DNA from: Synechococcus elongatus PCC 6301
GTDB lineage: Bacteria > Cyanobacteriota > Cyanobacteriia > Synechococcales > Synechococcaceae
Direction of reading: 5' to 3'
NCBI RefSeq assembly: GCF_000010065.1
Contig: NC_006576.1
Span: 1,320,001 to 1,352,000 of the forward strand
DNA: 32,000 nt
Both the position numbers and the translations under genes were made by a program. This document shows positions 26,730-32,000 of the stretch, piece by piece. Below the pieces are notes generated by a model that was not told the origin of the DNA, ran no database searches, and saw nothing but the letters and a program-made list of their open reading frames with translations. Every line of letters starts with the position of its first letter. The stretch's first letter is position 1.

Positions 26730-27226
26730 CAGTGCGCCTCCTGCTGCCAAGCTTGGACTTGTTGCCAGACCGCTTCAGATTCTTGGCGGCCTTGAATATC
26801 ACCGTCATAGACCACGACGGGGGCAATTCCGCAGGCACCCACACAGCGCACGGTTCCGAGGGAAACCGATCCATCATTGGTGGTTTCGCCTTCGCGAATG
26901 CCTAGCTCCGCTATTAGGCAGTCGAGAATGGCTTGCGACCCTTTGACATAGCAGGCCGTGCCTAGGCAGACATGGCAGCGGTGGCGACCGGAAGGATTGA
27001 GCTGGAACAGGTGATAGAAGCTAGCCACGCCGTAGACCTTGCTGCGGGGTAAGGCGAGTTGCTCAGCTACCCATTGCAGGAGCTCGCGATCGAGATAACC
27101 GTAGAGCGACTGGGCTTCATGCAGAATTTCAATCAGGGCATCTGCTTGGGCCGCTTGCCGCTTGATAGCTAGCTCTAGGCGACGACGACGAGGATCGACA
27201 CTGGGTGTCGTTTCAGAAGTAGCCAT
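26729..27226 (-). CDS. hoxE: Bidirectional hydrogenase diaphorase subunit HoxE (NuoE-like 2Fe-2S)
   Basis: Cys motifs CHVCLGTACYVKG and CVGACGIAPV. It lies directly upstream of hoxF and is translationally coupled to it. Confidence 0.88.
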   Translation of the reverse strand: MATSETTPSVDPRRRRLELAIKRQAAQADALIEILHEAQSLYGYLDRELLQWVAEQLALPRSKVYGVASFYHLFQLNPSGRHRCHVCLGTACYVKGSQAILDCLIAELGIREGETTNDGSVSLGTVRCVGACGIAPVVVYDGDIQGRQESEAVWQQVQAWQQEAH

Positions 27227-27260
27227 AGTCTGAACTCAGCGCCCTTCTCTCTGTGCTTAG

Positions 27261-29390
<2,130 letters not shown>

Positions 29391-29421
29391 CATAGGCAAC
29401 AGTTCGTCTGTGTCCCAGCCC

Positions 29422-30882
29422 ATGACCGCCGTTGCTGCCCCCAATTGGACTGCGATCGCCCAAGCTTTTCGGGAAGTCCTGGGTCGAGAGCAAGTCGTTG
29501 AGCGGCGCGAAGAATTACTGGTTTATGAATGTGATGGACTGACCAATCATCGCCAAATTCCACCGCTTGTTGTTCTGCCACGTAGCACCGAAGAAGTTGC
29601 CGCTGCTGTCCGTCTTTGCAATCAGTTTGATCTCTCATTCGTGGCGCGGGGCGCAGGGACTGGCCTCTCAGGTGGTGCACTACCGGTTGAAGATTCGGTG
29701 CTGATTGTCACTGCACGGATGCGTCAGATTTTAGAGATTGACTACGACAACCTGCGCGTTCGCGTTCAACCCGGTGTGATCAATAGCTGGGTGACGCAGG
29801 CAACGACGGGGGCTGGTTTTTTCTATGCACCTGATCCCTCCAGCCAAAGCGTTTGCTCCATTGGCGGCAATGTCGCTGAAAATTCTGGCGGAGTACATTG
29901 CCTCAAGCACGGTGTCACCAATAACCACGTCCTAGGGCTGACACTGGTGCTGCCGGATGCCTCCGTGATTCAAGTCGGCGGCGCGATCGCAGATCTACCC
30001 GGCTACGACCTCTGCGGCATTTTTGTCGGTTCAGAGGGCACGCTCGGAATCGCCACCGAAGTGACGCTACGACTACAACCACTCCCGCAATCCGTTCAGG
30101 TACTGCTTGCCGATTTCAGCAGCATTGAAGCAGCCGGGGCTGCTGTCTCGGGCATCATCGCAGCGGGAATTTTGCCGGCGGGTTTAGAGCTGATGGATAA
30201 CTTCAGCATCAATGCCGTTGAAGATGTGGTGAAAAGTGATTGTTATCCCCGCGATGCGGCTGCCATTCTGCTAGCAGAGTTAGATGGTCGCGCTTCGGAA
30301 GTTGCGCAGCAAATTCGCGATGTGGAAGCAGTTTGCCGACAACATGGAGCCCGATCGATCGCGATCGCAACGGATGCTGAAGATCGGCTACGACTTTGGA
30401 AAGGACGTAAGGCTGCATTCGCTGCTGTCGGACGGATTAGCCCGAGTTACTACGTGCAAGACGGTGTAATTCCGCGATCGACACTGCCCTTTGTTCTGCA
30501 TGAAATTGAGCAGTTAGGCCAAAAACATGGCTACCGTGTCGCCAACGTTTTCCATGCAGGTGATGGTAATTTACATCCGCTAATTCTCTACGATCGCAAT
30601 GATCCAGGTGCTTTAGAGCGTGTTGAAGCCCTTGGGGGTGAAATCCTCAAGCTCTGTGTCAACGTTGGCGGCAGTATCTCGGGTGAGCATGGCATTGGTG
30701 CCGATAAGCGCTGCTATATGCCCGCCATGTTCAGCTCCGAAGATCTTGAAACGATGCAATGGCTACGTCATGCCTTCGATCCGCTGGAACGCGCCAATCC
30801 CACTAAGGTTTTCCCAACTCCCCGCACTTGTGGTGAACGAGGATCAGTTAATAGTATTCCAGTCGGAGTTGAGCTTTATTAA
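29422..30882 (+). CDS. glcD: Glycolate oxidase/dehydrogenase FAD-linked subunit GlcD
   Basis: FAD-binding PCMH-type motif VARGAGTGLSGGA and the C-terminal motif GSISGEHGIG. I chose the ATG at 29422. The ORF-track start at 29227 lies inside ligA. Confidence 0.9.
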   Translation: MTAVAAPNWTAIAQAFREVLGREQVVERREELLVYECDGLTNHRQIPPLVVLPRSTEEVAAAVRLCNQFDLSFVARGAGTGLSGGALPVEDSVLIVTARMRQILEIDYDNLRVRVQPGVINSWVTQATTGAGFFYAPDPSSQSVCSIGGNVAENSGGVHCLKHGVTNNHVLGLTLVLPDASVIQVGGAIADLPGYDLCGIFVGSEGTLGIATEVTLRLQPLPQSVQVLLADFSSIEAAGAAVSGIIAAGILPAGLELMDNFSINAVEDVVKSDCYPRDAAAILLAELDGRASEVAQQIRDVEAVCRQHGARSIAIATDAEDRLRLWKGRKAAFAAVGRISPSYYVQDGVIPRSTLPFVLHEIEQLGQKHGYRVANVFHAGDGNLHPLILYDRNDPGALERVEALGGEILKLCVNVGGSISGEHGIGADKRCYMPAMFSSEDLETMQWLRHAFDPLERANPTKVFPTPRTCGERGSVNSIPVGVELY

Positions 30883-30893
30883 GAGCTGGAATT

Positions 30894-31226
30894 TCAGTCA
30901 CGGTAGTCCATCACAATCAATGCCAAAAGCTGGGGAATATTAGACTTCACAACCTCCCAGATCAAAGCAAGATCAACTTGATTATAGTCATGAATTAGCT
31001 TGTCGCGCATCCCAGCTATCTGTTTCCAAGGAGTTTCAGGATTACTCTCCCGAAACTCGCGGGAGAGCCGCTTCACGACTTCTCCGATCACAGTGAGTTC
31101 ATATAAAGTAGCGAGATGAGTACGCTTATCTGCTAAAAATTCAGCTTGATCCATATCTTGAGTTAATTCAAGAATGGTTTGACAGGCATTAGCAATATCT
31201 AACAAGTAAGCTTGATCACGACTCAT
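30894..31226 (-). CDS. hepT: HepT-type HEPN (DUF86) RNase toxin
   Basis: It has the Rx4HxY motif as RDKLIHDY, is 110 aa long, and its ATG lies inside the last codons of the upstream MNT gene (11-nt overlap). Confidence 0.88.
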   Translation of the reverse strand: MSRDQAYLLDIANACQTILELTQDMDQAEFLADKRTHLATLYELTVIGEVVKRLSREFRESNPETPWKQIAGMRDKLIHDYNQVDLALIWEVVKSNIPQLLALIVMDYRD

Positions 31227-31554
31227 AAATAACTTGAGCTGTGCTCAAGATAGCTTCTCGACGAATCCAGTTCAAACTATTCTCAATCGCTTTCTTAGTG
31301 GTCAAGTCAACTTTGCGATGACATAAGTCTTCCAACTCATTTTCCATGCCAATAAGATCAAGCAGACTAACTCTAGCATCAGGCTGAAAAGCAACTAAGA
31401 GATCAATGTCACTGCCAGCATGAAAGTCATCACGCAATATAGAACCAAAAAGCGCGAGTTCACGGATAGCATAACGCTGACAAAACTCCGAGAGCTGATC
31501 AAAAGTAATTGCCAAGCGTTCTTGATGCTGAGGACTGAATGTCGTCGTTGTCAT
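31216..31554 (-). CDS. mntA: MNT-type minimal nucleotidyltransferase antitoxin
   Basis: It has the GSx10-11(D/E)xD motif as LFGSILRDDFHAGSDIDLLV, is 112 aa long, and lies directly upstream of hepT. Confidence 0.88.
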   Translation of the reverse strand: MTTTTFSPQHQERLAITFDQLSEFCQRYAIRELALFGSILRDDFHAGSDIDLLVAFQPDARVSLLDLIGMENELEDLCHRKVDLTTKKAIENSLNWIRREAILSTAQVIYES

Positions 31555-31591
31555 TGATAATTCACTTGATGCTTAGATAGAAACTTTTGCT

Positions 31592-32000
31592 TCAGTTTTC
31601 TGCAACAACCACCTTCTCTATTGCCTGATCTACTTGCTGAAAAGTGAAGGTGCGATCGCGGCTGTTATCAATCACGATATCGGCATGCTCACACTTTTGG
31701 GCAATCGGCCATTGTGCTGCAAGGCGTTGTTCCGCGGCTGCAGGGGTGAGGCGATCGCGATGGATCAAGCGATCGCGTTGTTGCTCCAGCGGGCAAGCGA
31801 CTACCCAAATTTGCTCGACCCAGTCCTGTAGACCGGCTTCAAACAGCAGTGGAATGACGAGGACAACGATCGGATCTGATTCAAGCTGTGCCAGGTCCCG
31901 CTCAAAGCAAGCGCGGATCGCCGGATGGGTTTGCTGTTCTAACCACTGCCGTTCAGCTGGATCCGCAAAGATGATTGACCCGAGTTTTTGGCGATCGAGC
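31592..32000 (-). CDS. coaE: Dephospho-CoA kinase, C-terminal 136 codons (5' end outside window)
   Basis: My own translation of the minus strand from 31999 gives LDRQKLGSIIFADPAERQWLEQQTHPAIR…VVLVIPLLFEAG…VVACPLEQQRDRLIHRD…ADIVIDNS…, with the stop at 31592-31594. It is missing from the ORF track because no start codon lies in the window. Confidence 0.8.
   Translation of the reverse strand, partial: LDRQKLGSIIFADPAERQWLEQQTHPAIRACFERDLAQLESDPIVVLVIPLLFEAGLQDWVEQIWVVACPLEQQRDRLIHRDRLTPAAAEQRLAAQWPIAQKCEHADIVIDNSRDRTFTFQQVDQAIEKVVVAEN

Larger units (their letters stand above)
30883..31591. other. Low-GC, HIP1-free insert-like segment carrying the MNT/HepT pair
   Basis: Three 60-nt lines counted by hand (31081, 31201, 31381) give 38-42% G+C. 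Flanking lines (29401, 30301, 31921) give 55-63%. No GCGATCGC occurs in the segment. It fills the whole gap between glcD and coaE. Confidence 0.55.

Noticed and set aside
31634-31831. A 65-aa plus-strand ORF near the right edge
   Set aside because: It is antisense to a much better reading, the coaE C-terminal region on the minus strand, which I translated myself.

Overview
This is a densely coding core-chromosome window from a cyanobacterium very rich in the HIP1 octamer GCGATCGC. The gene content, several protein N-termini and a ccmK3-ccmK4 pair fit Synechococcus elongatus (PCC 7942/6301 type). That assignment is from recollection and a BLAST would settle it.

I can support 31 protein genes and one tRNA, in this order:
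- PLD-like HKD protein (5' partial), ssb, mreB-mreC-mreD, ftsH
- a Tat-signal, Cys-less orthocaspase homologue, sat, psbO
- a 112-aa ORF, coaBC preceded by a coupled 72-aa ORF, tRNA-Ala(CGC)
- pyrD, secA, glmU, a frameshifted 6TM K+ channel, a DUF1823-like ORF
- ccmK4, ccmK3, dus, glyA, a WecA/MraY-family transferase, cinA/pncC
- hoxF, hoxE, ligA, glcD, a HepT/MNT toxin-antitoxin pair
- coaE (5' partial; it has no in-window start codon, so it is absent from the ORF track)

I saw no rRNA, CRISPR array, transposase or phage genes. I did not find a convincing large multi-gene undescribed system. The items most worth a second look are:
- the exported pseudo-orthocaspase directly upstream of ftsH
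- a ~0.7 kb low-GC, HIP1-free segment carrying the MNT/HepT pair, wedged between glcD and coaE
- a K+ channel split by an apparent 1-nt deletion
- the ccmK3-ccmK4 satellite operon
- an orphan hoxEF module flanked by two NAD/NMN-linked genes
- a lipobox-like motif in the PsbO signal peptide
- several structured intergenic leaders

Start codons are my own choices made from motif conservation and Shine-Dalgarno spacing. None of them is experimentally anchored.
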